From contig CAVXRL010000007.1 of the NCBI GenBank assembly GCA_963764225.1, positions 531,510 to 595,509 of the forward strand: DNA of 64,000 bases, written 5' to 3'. This DNA is from an uncultured Actinomycetes bacterium. Lineage in GTDB: Bacteria > Actinomycetota > Thermoleophilia > UBA2241. Numbering within the stretch: position 1 is the first letter of the stretch; each line of letters opens with the position of its first letter. Below, piece by piece: positions 49,859 to 59,238 of the stretch. The translations under genes were made by a program, and so were the position numbers. The notes under the pieces were generated by a model that ran no database searches, had not been told where the DNA came from, and saw only the letters and a list, made by a program, of their open reading frames with translations.

Positions 49859-50590
49859 CGCCGATGCGCCTGCCTTCGCGGCCGTGGATGGCGAGCGCCA
49901 GCTCGTCGAAGCCGGGGCGCTCGCACGTGACGGCCGTGCGCGTGGCGCCCACGTCGGTCACGTAGTGGGCGTCGGACGAGTGCAGCACCGGGAGGCCGTG
50001 GACCTTGAACCCGGCCTCCTGCTCCGAGCCGGCCGGCACGTGGCGCGAGAGCTCCACCGCGTCGAACCCGGCCTCGTCCGGGAAGAAGCCCAGCTGGCCG
50101 ATGACCCCGAAGCTGGGGCGGTCGATGTGCGCCGCCACGGCGATGCCGCCGTGCCGGTGCACCAGGGCGACGGCGGCGTCCACGCTCAGCAGCGTGGCGG
50201 TGGCGAGCGCCAGTGTCTCGCGGCCGGTCTCCAGCCCGGCCGCGTCCAGCAGGCGCTGCTCGCCGAAGAACGTCTCGTAGTCCTCGTCGGCCGGGCCCAG
50301 CGTGGCCCCGACCTCCGCGCCGGCCGCCTCGGCGGCCGCGGCGTCGGGGAAGAGCCCCACCACGTGGCACTCCTCCACGGTCGTGATCTCCATGCCGGCG
50401 AGCACGCACAGGTGCTCGCCGGCCGCCTCCTGGACGGCGGCGACGTTGCGCGCGCTGTTGTGGTCGCAGACGGCGATCATCCCCAGCCCCTCAGTGAGCG
50501 CCGATCCCACGATCACCGGCGGGGTCATCGCTTCGTCCGCGCACGGCGAGAGCGCGGTGTGCACGTGCAGGTCTGCGAAGCAGATGTTCA
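49851..50590 (-). CDS. PHP-domain (polymerase/histidinol-phosphatase-like) protein, GTG start
   Basis: ADLHVHTALSPCAD...AVCDHNS...HIDRP...HSSDAH metal-ligand pattern. Confidence 0.7.
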
Positions 50591-50937
50591 CGCATGGGTC
50601 CCCTTGACGCCCAGGGCGTACAGGCGGCCGACGACGTCGAACGTGTCGGCCGGGGAGGAGTAGAGGGCCAGGCCCTCGGCCACCGCCTTGCCGAGCACGT
50701 CGTCCTCGGGCTTGCGGCCGCCGGCGAACACCACGGCGGCGAGCTCGGCGTGGCTGGCCACGGCGATCACGTTGAGGTGGACCTGCAGGGTGACCAGGAG
50801 CCCGCCCTCCGGGGCGTGCGCCAGCACGTCACTCAGCAGGTCGGACGCGTAGCCTCGTTCGATGTCCGCATCTTTGGCGCCGGAGACCTCCGGCGTGAGC
50901 TCCGCGAACCCGAGCTCGCTGGCGATGTCCTCGAGTC

Positions 50938-52504
50938 TCATCTCGCGCTCTCCTCCTCCACACGGGCGGTGTATGGACAGAGCGCGCGCGTGGCGCGCCC
51001 CATGACGACGTCCTCGGCGAGCGCGGCGCACGTGGGCGCGCCGCAGACGCCGCAGTCGCGACCGGGCAGCGCCCGGCTCTCTTCGTCGAGCTGGGCGAGC
51101 TTGCGGATGGCGGTCGCCATGTCCGCGTCCAGGCGGATGCCGGGCCGGGCGCGGAACGGCCGCGTGCGCGTGTGGCTGCCGCCGCCGCCCGGAGCGCCGC
51201 CGCCGCCGGCGGCCCAGCGCCAGGCCGCCACCGACGTGTCCTCGGCGAGCAGCGGGGTGCCGAAGCAGCCGCCGTCGCAGATGTACGGCTCCACGACCGC
51301 GACGCCGGGCAGCCGGCCGTCCTCGACCGCCTCGAGCACCGCGAGCACGTGGGCGACGCCGCTGACCACGAGCAGGTCGTCCGCTCCGACGCGCCTGCTG
51401 TGGGGAGGCGTCGCCGGGCGTGCGGAGCGCGCGCGCCGAGAGCCGCGGCAGCACCGCTTCGCGGACGGCCGCGGCCGTCACCGTGTCGCGCTGCGCCGTG
51501 GGCCGCTGCGAGAGCAGCGCCGTGCGCTGGCTCGGGCAGGACACGGCGAAGGTGGCGCTGCGCCCGTCGAGCTCGAGCTGCGCCGCCTCCCAGGGCGACG
51601 CGAGCGGCGCGAGGTGGTCGAGCAGCGAGGGGAACTTGACCTCCACGAGGCTGACGACCGCCGGGCACACCGGCGAGATCACGGGCGCCGGGCCGTCGCC
51701 GGTGGTGGCGAGGTCGATCAGCTCCCGGCGCAGGTCGTCCTCGTAGCGGTGCACGGAGACGACCTCGTCGTAGCCGAGCCCGAGGAGCTCCTCGACCACC
51801 TCGGGCACGGAGTGGTCGCCGAAGCCGGCGAGGAGCGCCGGTGGGACCACGAGCACGTCCCCGCCGGCGAGCGCGCCGGGCACGTCCTTCATCGTGAGCG
51901 CGCGCGGCGCGCAGGCGGCGATGCACGCGGTGCAGTCGATGCAGAGGTGGTCGAGCACGTGCGGCCGCGCGTCCCGCACGCGGATCGCGGCCGTCGGGCA
52001 GGCGACCAGGCAGTGGCGGCACTCCTTGCAGAGCGCGGCGTCCACGCCGAGCGAGGAGGGCCGCGCGCCCTGGTCCGCGGCCTCCGGCCGCAGCGACACG
52101 GTGAAGCTGACGCGCGTGCCGGCGCCGGGCGCCGAGGTGACCCGGAGCCGGTCGCTGTTGCGCAGGATGTTGGGCAGGCCCATGCCCGCGCCGAACCCGA
52201 GCGCGCGGGCCTCGGCCGAGGCCGTCGACCAGCCCTCGCGCATGGCCGCGTCCACGTCCGTCATGCCCGGGCCCTCGTCCACGACGTCCACGTCCAGCTG
52301 GCCGTCGCTCACGGCCGCCTCCAGGCGGCCGCCGCCCCGGGCGTGGATGACCACGTTCATCTCGGCCTCGTAGGCGGCGATCATGGCGCGCCGCACGGCG
52401 TCGCTCTCGGCGCCGATCCGCTTGAGGTGCTGCTTGAGGTCGCGGGAGGCAGCGCCCGCGCTCGTGAAGTCCCCGCAGCGGATGTCGTAGGCCAGGTGCT
52501 CCAT
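50938..52504 (-). CDS. RsbW-like serine-kinase/HATPase domain fused to ferredoxin and a degenerate [FeFe]-hydrogenase H-domain with C-terminal Cys cluster; apparent frameshift near 51410
   Basis: N-terminus MEHLAYDIRCGDFTSAGAASRDLKQHL...NVVIHARGG (anti-sigma/serine-kinase fold). CKECRHCLVACP and CIDCTACIAAC. H-domain relics SPVCPAVVSLV and VSCPSQRTA. C-part in another frame (ORF 50938..51369): ...VAVVEPYICDGGCFGTP...RDCGVCGAPTCAALAEDVVMGRATRALCPY. Confidence 0.65.
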
Positions 52505-52507
52505 GCG

Positions 52508-53551
52508 TCAGGAGACGCGCTCTCCGTCGAGCGCCGCGTAGATGAGGCCGCAGGTCTCGAAGACGCCCTGCGGCGAGACCATGAGCAGCGTGTCGTTGTC
52601 CTGGGCGAGCTGCACCATCTCGGCGTCCGGTTGGACGCCGTTGACGAAGCAGATGCCCGGCACGTCCATGAGCTCCGCGACGCGCAGCATCTGCACGCTG
52701 GCCAGGTTGCTCACCAGCAGCGTCTTGTCCGACGCCTCGTTGAGCAGGTCGCTGACGCGGTCGCCGGCGTAGACCTTGGCGACACTGGTGCCGCCGGGCT
52801 TGCCCGGAGTCACCAGGTGGGCCCCGATGGTGGCGGCCAGTTCCTCGAGCTTCATGTTCGACCTCGCGAGCAGGGATTCCAGTTCCTTGACGATGGGTCC
52901 GATGTCGCCGCTCCCGTTGGGCTGCGGCTCGGCGCGGCTGCTGAGCCGCGCGAAGTAAGCGGCCGACTCGAGCGCCGCCGTGATGTCCATGTACTCGACG
53001 AAGATCTCGTTGGGCAGGGCGAGCGGCGTGGGGGCGAAGCTGATGATGCTCTTGACCCCCGCGCGCACGAGCACGTCCGCGACCTCCTGGGCCGCCGTGC
53101 CGGGAACGGTGAGCACGGCGATCTGGATGCCGAGGTCGCGCACCAGTCCTTCCATGCGCGCGACGTCGAAGCAGCGCACGCCGTGCACCAGGGTGTCGTC
53201 GAGCGCCGGGTCGCTGTCGAACGCGGCGACGATGGCGACCGACGGGCTCTTCTCGGCGAAGTGCGAGAGCACGGCGTGCCCGAGGTTGCCGGCACCCACC
53301 AGCACGACCTCCTGGCGCACCGAGCCGTCGAGGAAGTGCGTGATGCTCTCGATGCAGGCGGCCACGTCGTAGCCCTTGTTGGGGCTGCCGGAATAGCCGA
53401 TCTCCATGAGGTCGCGGCGCACCTGGGCGGCGCTGACGACGGCGTGACGGGCGAGCTGGTGGGAGTAGATGCTCTCGACGCCGTCGGCCTGGAGGGATTG
53501 CAGCAGCCGCCGGTAGCGGCTCATGCGCGATACGGTCTTCCTCGATACCAC
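52508..53551 (-). CDS. rex: Redox-sensing repressor Rex fused to a C-terminal DRTGG-like domain
   Basis: Rex winged helix (SRYRRLLQSL...) plus Rossmann domain (VLVGAGNLGHAV...). Then about 140 extra residues (...KVYAGDRVSDLL...GICFVNGVQP...) resembling DRTGG-domain proteins found in hyd clusters. Confidence 0.75.
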   Translation of the reverse strand: MVSRKTVSRMSRYRRLLQSLQADGVESIYSHQLARHAVVSAAQVRRDLMEIGYSGSPNKGYDVAACIESITHFLDGSVRQEVVLVGAGNLGHAVLSHFAEKSPSVAIVAAFDSDPALDDTLVHGVRCFDVARMEGLVRDLGIQIAVLTVPGTAAQEVADVLVRAGVKSIISFAPTPLALPNEIFVEYMDITAALESAAYFARLSSRAEPQPNGSGDIGPIVKELESLLARSNMKLEELAATIGAHLVTPGKPGGTSVAKVYAGDRVSDLLNEASDKTLLVSNLASVQMLRVAELMDVPGICFVNGVQPDAEMVQLAQDNDTLLMVSPQGVFETCGLIYAALDGERVS

Positions 53552-53602
53552 AAGGGCTCCCGGGCGGTGGGTGGCCTCACTGGTCCGTTACGGAACGAAC
53601 GC

Positions 53603-53619
53603 TGTGAAATCTGTCACGA
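53603..53619. promoter_or_regulatory. Candidate Rex box TGTGAA-atct-GTCACG, about 55 bp upstream of the rex start (autoregulation?)
   Basis: Resembles the Rex consensus TTGTGAA-N4-TTCACAA, with two mismatches in the right half. Confidence 0.35.
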
Positions 53620-53859
53620 TTCTCTCCCTCACGAGCGCTGGTGTCAACACTCCCGCGCAAAACAGAACACCTCCGCGCACTTGTCCAAGTTGGCCAATCG
53701 GGGCCGCTCTCTCGTGTCGCGCGTACGTTGACCTGTCGCAATCCGGGCGCGGCGCTCTGCTAAAGTGCGGGCACAGCGAGCCATGGGGGAATCTCTCGCT
53801 TCGGCGGGCCGCGGACGGCTCGCCGACCGTGTCTCGGCAGACCGTTCGACTGGAGGTCA

Positions 53860-55146
53860 TTGATGACGGTGACGACGGACAGACCGGCCCACATGCGGCA
53901 CATGCCGCACTTCGTGGCGCCGCTTGCACCCTTCACGGCGGAGAGCGCCCAGGGCAGTTGGGTCACGGACACCGACGGCAACCGGTGGCTCGACTTCGTC
54001 ATGGGCATCGCCGTGATGAACACCGGCTACTCGCACCCCAAGGTGGTCAAGGCGGTGCAGGACCAGGCCGCCAAGGTGTCGCACGCGCAGATGGGCGTGT
54101 GGCGGCACCAGCCCATGCTCGACCTCGCCGCCAAGATGCAGGAGATCCTGCCTGAGGGCATGGACCAGGTCCTGTTCCAGAACTCGGGCGCCGAGGCCGT
54201 GGAGAACGCCGTCAAGCTGGCCAAGCAGGCCACCCGGCGCCCCGGCATCATCGCCTTCCAGGGCGCGTTCCACGGCCGCACGCACCTCACCATGGCGCTC
54301 ACCGACTCGGCCGTGCACTACCGCGGCCACATGGAGCCGCTCATGGGCGGCATCTACCACGCGCGCTACTGCTACCCGTACCGCACCCCGGCGAGTGAGG
54401 ACCCCACCGCCTACGCGCTCGACGACGTGCGCCGCGTGCTCCGCGCCGAGATCGTCGGCGACGACGTGGCCGGCATCATCGTCGAGCCCATCCAGGGCGA
54501 GGGCGGCTTCGTCGTGCCGACCGCGGAGTTCATGCAGGGCCTGCGCGCCATCGCCGACGAGATCGGCGCCAAGCTCATCATCGACGAGATCCAGGCCGGC
54601 ATGGGCCGCACCGGCACGTGGTACTGCCACGAGCACTACGGCGTGAAGCCGGACATCCTGACCAGCGCCAAGGGCCTCGGCTCCGGCTACCCGATCGCCG
54701 CCATCGCGGCCAACGGCGAGCTCTGGGACAAGTGCATGCCGGGCTCCATGGGCGGCACCTACGGCGGCAACGCCGTCGGCTGCGCCGCCGCCGTCGCCAC
54801 CATCGAGGCGATGAAGGAAGAGGGGATGCTCGAGAACGCCGCCCGCCAGGGCGACAAGCTCAAGGCGTACTTCGAGAAGCTGCAGCAGGCGTACCCGGCC
54901 ATCGGCGAGGTGCGCGGCAAGGGCCTCATGATGGCCGTCGAGCTCGTCATGCCGGGCACCAAGGAGCCCAACGCCCCGGCCGCCAAGGCCTTCATCGCCG
55001 AGTGCATCAAGCGGCACATGATCGTCATGGGCGCCGGCGCGTTCGGCAACTGCGTGCGCATGCTGCCGGCCCTCAACGTCACCGACGAGGACCTGGACGC
55101 CGCCATGGCCATCTTCGACGAGGTCGCGCCCATCGCGTTCGCCTGA
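53860..55146 (+). CDS. Class III pyridoxal-phosphate aminotransferase (GabT/ArgD-like)
   Basis: ...IIVEPIQGEGGF...LIIDEIQAGMGRTG...LTSAKGLGSGYP. Confidence 0.85.
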   Translation: MMTVTTDRPAHMRHMPHFVAPLAPFTAESAQGSWVTDTDGNRWLDFVMGIAVMNTGYSHPKVVKAVQDQAAKVSHAQMGVWRHQPMLDLAAKMQEILPEGMDQVLFQNSGAEAVENAVKLAKQATRRPGIIAFQGAFHGRTHLTMALTDSAVHYRGHMEPLMGGIYHARYCYPYRTPASEDPTAYALDDVRRVLRAEIVGDDVAGIIVEPIQGEGGFVVPTAEFMQGLRAIADEIGAKLIIDEIQAGMGRTGTWYCHEHYGVKPDILTSAKGLGSGYPIAAIAANGELWDKCMPGSMGGTYGGNAVGCAAAVATIEAMKEEGMLENAARQGDKLKAYFEKLQQAYPAIGEVRGKGLMMAVELVMPGTKEPNAPAAKAFIAECIKRHMIVMGAGAFGNCVRMLPALNVTDEDLDAAMAIFDEVAPIAFA

Positions 55147-55253
55147 GCCCGCTATTCGCACACCGGCTCGTCCAGGAGGGCGGGGCGCCTTGGCGCCCCG
55201 CCCTCCTCGCGTGCGGGGGCGGGCGCACCCGGCGCCGTGCTATCCTCGCCTCC

Positions 55254-55697
55254 GTGAGCACGTCGCCCAAGTCACAGCCCAGGTTCGAGACGCGCGTGCG
55301 CGTGCGCTACGCCGACACGGACGCCGACCAGGTCTGCTACTACGCCAACTACCTCACGTACTTCGAGGTGGTCCGGGTGGAGTGGCTCCGGGCGCTCGGC
55401 TATCCCATCGGCAGGATCCTCGAGCAGGGCGTCATCCTGCCGGTGGTCGAGGCGCGCGTGCGCTATCTGCGTCCCGCGCGTGTGGACGACCTCCTCACGG
55501 TGCGCGCCACGCTCGCTTCGGTCGGCCCCGCGTCGTTCGCGTTCGACTACGAGATCGAGCGTGAGGACGGCCTGCTGCTGGTCACCGGCTGGACGCGACT
55601 CGCGGTGTGCGAGCGCGACTCCGCGCGCGCCTGCGCCATGCCCTCGTGGCTGCGTGATCTGTTTGCGCAGCTGCCCCGCTCGGTAGAGGAAGTGTGA
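55254..55697 (+). CDS. Acyl-CoA thioesterase (4HBT/YbgC hotdog family), GTG start
   Basis: ...RYADTDADQVCYYANYLTYFEV.... Confidence 0.65.
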   Translation: MSTSPKSQPRFETRVRVRYADTDADQVCYYANYLTYFEVVRVEWLRALGYPIGRILEQGVILPVVEARVRYLRPARVDDLLTVRATLASVGPASFAFDYEIEREDGLLLVTGWTRLAVCERDSARACAMPSWLRDLFAQLPRSVEEV

Positions 55698-56647
55698 TGG
55701 GTGACGTGTACCAGTTCCCGGGCGGAGACCTGCCGCCCGACTTCGAGACCAGGATGCCTCCGGACATCGAGGTCAAGCACTGCTACCGCCATCACGACCG
55801 CGAGACCGGAGTCTCGTGCTCCAACTGCGGGCGGCCGATCTGCCACGAGTGCATGATCCCGGCGCCGGTGGGGTTCCACTGCCCGGAGTGCGTCAAGGAG
55901 CAGAACGCCCGCGGCTCGCGGAGCAGGGTCGTCACCCGTGGGCAGATGCGCTCACGCTGGGACGGGGCGCTCGCCGGGTACGGAGGCGGCCTCTCCGCCA
56001 CCAAGGTGCTCGTCGCCATCAACGTGGTCATCTTCCTGCTGCGCCTCTTCCCGGTGATGGGCGATTGGATCTACCGGTGGGGGGCGATGAGCACCCCGCT
56101 TGTACTCCTGGATCATCAGTACTGGCGCATGTTCACGTCGCTGTTCCTCCATGCCGGCATCATCCACATCCTGTTCAACATGTGGGCCCTGTGGCTGGTC
56201 GGCGGGTTCCTTGAGTCGGCGCTGGGGCGCGGCAAGTTCCTCGTCGTGTACTTCATCTCGGGCTTCGCCGGTTCGGCGCTGGTGCTCTTGACGCTGTCGC
56301 CGAATCCGGTGGTCGGAGCCTCCGGGGCGATCTTCGGCCTCTTCGGCGCCCTCGCGGTGCACGCCTTCTTCAATCGTGGCGACTTCCAGTCACAGGCGTT
56401 CCTGCGCCAGATCCTCTTCATCATCGTCCTGAACCTGGTCTTCACGTTCGCGCTCGGCGGCATCTCGTGGCAAGCGCACATCGGCGGCCTCATCGGCGGC
56501 GCCGCCACCATGTTCGCGATGATCCTCGGCGGGCGAAAGGATGCCCGGCGGCCCTTCGAGCTGGCCGACGGCCTCGCCGTGGGCGGCATCGTGCTGGTCC
56601 TGGTGTTCCTCACCGCTTGGCGGGTGCTCACCGTCTCGGTGATGTGA
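55694..56647 (+). CDS. Rhomboid-family intramembrane serine protease with N-terminal zinc ribbon
   Basis: CxxC...CxxC N-terminus. GASGAIFGL (catalytic Ser) and AHIGG (catalytic His). Confidence 0.8.
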   Translation: MMGDVYQFPGGDLPPDFETRMPPDIEVKHCYRHHDRETGVSCSNCGRPICHECMIPAPVGFHCPECVKEQNARGSRSRVVTRGQMRSRWDGALAGYGGGLSATKVLVAINVVIFLLRLFPVMGDWIYRWGAMSTPLVLLDHQYWRMFTSLFLHAGIIHILFNMWALWLVGGFLESALGRGKFLVVYFISGFAGSALVLLTLSPNPVVGASGAIFGLFGALAVHAFFNRGDFQSQAFLRQILFIIVLNLVFTFALGGISWQAHIGGLIGGAATMFAMILGGRKDARRPFELADGLAVGGIVLVLVFLTAWRVLTVSVM

Positions 56648-57873
56648 GCGTGGGGGAGGGCCGCGCAGAGCGGCTGGTCGAGCCGCGCGCGGTCCTCACG
56701 CCGGCGGCCGAGCTGGCGCATCGCCTCGCCGGCCTGCAGGCTTCGCTGTCGAGCCTGGGCCTCGACGCCGCCCTCCTGCAGCAGAACGCCGACCTCTACT
56801 ACTACGCCGGCACCATCCAGCAGTCGTACCTCTACGTGCCGGCGGAGGGCGAGGCGACGCTGTTCGTGCGCAAGGTCGCCGAGCGCGCCCGCCTGGAGTC
56901 GGCGCTCGACGCGATCGAGCAGCTGGCGTCGCCCAAGGACCTTCCGCGGGTCATCGCCGAGCGCTACGGCCGCCTGCCGGCGCGGCTCGGCCTTGAGCTC
57001 GACGTGCTGCCCGTGGCGCTGTTCCGCCGCCTGGAGAAGTCGTTCCCGCAGGCGGCGTTCGAGGACGTCGGCCGCGCGGTCGTACGCCAGCGGGCGGTCA
57101 AGTCGGCCTGGGAGGTCGAGCGCATCCGCGCCGCGGCCGCCGTGGCCGACGAGGTCTGCGGCCTCATCCCCGGCCTCCTCGAGGAGGGGCTCACCGAGGT
57201 CGAGTTCGCCGGCCGGGTGGAGGCCGAGGCGCGCCGCCTGGGGCACGAGGGCTACATCCGCATGCGCGGGTTCAATCAGGAGATGTTCTACGGCCAGCTG
57301 CTCACGGGGGTGAGCGGCACGGTGCCCAGCTATCTCGACACGCCGCTCGCCGGCACGGGCCTGAGCGCCTCCGTGGCGCAGGGCGCCAGCTTCCGGCGCA
57401 TCGGCCGCGGCGAACCGGTGGTGTTCGACTTCGTGCCGGTGCGCGACGGCTACATGGCCGACTTCACGCGCGCGTTCAGCCTCGGGCCGCTGCCCGCGGA
57501 GCTCACGCGCGCCTACGCCGCCGCCCTGCGCGTGCAGGAGGCGGCGACCGCGGCCGCCCGGCCCGGCGCTGCCTGCCGCGCCGTCTGGGAAGCGGCGCGT
57601 GGCGCGGCCGAGGCGGCGGGGCTGGCCGGGAACTTCATGGGCCACGGCGCCGGCCAGGTGCCCTACGTGGGCCACGGCATCGGCATCGAGCTCGACGAGC
57701 TGCCGGTGCTCACCGGCAGCAGCCTCGAGCTCGAGCCCGGCATGGTGTTCGCGCTCGAGCCCAAGTTCGTGCTGCCGGGGCTGGGAGCCGTCGGCATCGA
57801 GAACACCTGGGTGGTCACCGACGACGGCGTGGAGCGGCTCACGCTGGCGCCGGAGGAGCTCGTGATCGTCTAG
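56644..57873 (+). CDS. M24-family peptidase (Xaa-Pro aminopeptidase/creatinase-like), GTG start
   Basis: ...VFDFVPVRDGYMADFTRAF...GHGIGIELDELP...ALEPK.... Confidence 0.75.
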   Translation: MSVGEGRAERLVEPRAVLTPAAELAHRLAGLQASLSSLGLDAALLQQNADLYYYAGTIQQSYLYVPAEGEATLFVRKVAERARLESALDAIEQLASPKDLPRVIAERYGRLPARLGLELDVLPVALFRRLEKSFPQAAFEDVGRAVVRQRAVKSAWEVERIRAAAAVADEVCGLIPGLLEEGLTEVEFAGRVEAEARRLGHEGYIRMRGFNQEMFYGQLLTGVSGTVPSYLDTPLAGTGLSASVAQGASFRRIGRGEPVVFDFVPVRDGYMADFTRAFSLGPLPAELTRAYAAALRVQEAATAAARPGAACRAVWEAARGAAEAAGLAGNFMGHGAGQVPYVGHGIGIELDELPVLTGSSLELEPGMVFALEPKFVLPGLGAVGIENTWVVTDDGVERLTLAPEELVIV

Positions 57874-57933
57874 ACAGCCGTGATCCGTCGCGGTGGGCAA
57901 GGGCAGGCCTGCCGCGTGACCTGAGGAGGAGAA

Positions 57934-58734
57934 GTGACGATGCAGCAACTGGCGCCGTCCGTGTGGGCGCACGTCCTCGAGGCCGAGGGGTTCCAGACGG
58001 CCGCGGCCGTGGTGCTCACGCCGCGCCGCGCGGTCGTCGTGGACACGCTCACCGGTCCCGAGCACATGACGCCGGTCCTCGAGTTCCTCGCCGCCGAGGC
58101 GGGCGACCGTTCCCGGCTCGTCGTCAACACGCACCACCACTGGGACCACGTGTTCGGCAACGCCGCCTTCCCGGGGGTGGACATCGTGGCGCAGCAAGCC
58201 TGCCCACGGATGATCCAGGCCGAGCTGGAGGGAGGCGACGAGTCGCTGCGCCTGCCGCCGGACGAGGGCGTGCCGCTGCCGACCGTCACCTTCGGCGACC
58301 GGCTCAGCTTCGCCGACGAAGGCGAGACGGCGCACCTCATCCACACGCCCGGCCACACCGAGGACTCGCTGGTCGTCTACCTCGCCGGCAGCAGACTGCT
58401 GCTGGGCGGCGACACGGTGGAGTGGCCGCTGCCCAACTTCTGCCAGCGCGACGGCCGGGAGCAGTGGGTGCGCAGCCTGCGCCAGCTCAAGCAGCTGCCG
58501 GTGCGCCTCGTCGTCCCCGCGCACGGGCCGGCCATGGACCGGACCATCCTCGACGCCAACGAGCGGTACGTGGAGGGCGTGTACGAGGCGGTCGCCGCGG
58601 CCAAGGCCGCCGGAGCGGGCCGCGGGGAGCTCGACCTGCCGGCGGAGCAGTTCCTGGCCGCCGGCGTCGCCGTCGACGAAGCCTACCGGCACGCGCACCG
58701 CGAGAACCTCCTCTGGGCCTGGGACGAAGTCTAG
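57934..58734 (+). CDS. MBL-fold metallo-hydrolase
   Basis: NTHHHWDH motif. Confidence 0.75.
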   Translation: MTMQQLAPSVWAHVLEAEGFQTAAAVVLTPRRAVVVDTLTGPEHMTPVLEFLAAEAGDRSRLVVNTHHHWDHVFGNAAFPGVDIVAQQACPRMIQAELEGGDESLRLPPDEGVPLPTVTFGDRLSFADEGETAHLIHTPGHTEDSLVVYLAGSRLLLGGDTVEWPLPNFCQRDGREQWVRSLRQLKQLPVRLVVPAHGPAMDRTILDANERYVEGVYEAVAAAKAAGAGRGELDLPAEQFLAAGVAVDEAYRHAHRENLLWAWDEV

Positions 58735-58742
58735 GCCCGAGG

Positions 58743-58770
58743 ACTAATTGGACATTGTCTTCCAATTAGT
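58743..58770. promoter_or_regulatory. Perfect 10-bp inverted repeat ACTAATTGGA-N8-TCCAATTAGT immediately upstream of or overlapping the rrf2 start; candidate Rrf2 operator
   Basis: Seen directly in the sequence. Confidence 0.45.
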
Positions 58771-58783
58771 GTACAAAGGACCC

Positions 58784-59230
58784 ATGAAGCTCTCCACACA
58801 AGCGGACTACGCCGTGCGCGCCGTCTACGAGCTCGCCCGGCGCGAGCCGGGCGTGGTGCTGCACACCGGCGACATCGCCGCCGCGCAGCACATCCCGGTG
58901 CCGCGGCTCGCCAAGGTCATCCACGACCTGGCGCGCGCCGACCTGGTGCGCACGCAGCGCGGCCACCAGGGCGGCGTCATGCTGGCGCGTCCGGCCGCCG
59001 ACATCACGGTCAAGGACGTGTACGAGGCCGTGGAGGGTCCCATCTTGCTGTGCCGCTGTCGTCAGCGCGTGGAACCGTGCGTCGACAACGGCTGCGACAC
59101 CCACGAGTTCTGGCACGGTGTCGAGACGCTCCTCACCGAGGAGCTCCAGACCATGACGTTCGCGGCCCTGACCGACGCGCGGCGACGCGCGTGCGTCTCG
59201 AGCGGCCGCCCGCAGGCGACGGGGAGGTGA
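58784..59230 (+). CDS. Rrf2-family transcriptional regulator (IscR/NsrR-like, Cys-containing)
   Basis: MKLSTQADYAVRAVYELAR... HTH, plus CRC...C...C cysteines. Confidence 0.8.
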   Translation: MKLSTQADYAVRAVYELARREPGVVLHTGDIAAAQHIPVPRLAKVIHDLARADLVRTQRGHQGGVMLARPAADITVKDVYEAVEGPILLCRCRQRVEPCVDNGCDTHEFWHGVETLLTEELQTMTFAALTDARRRACVSSGRPQATGR

Positions 59231-59238
59231 CAACTTAC

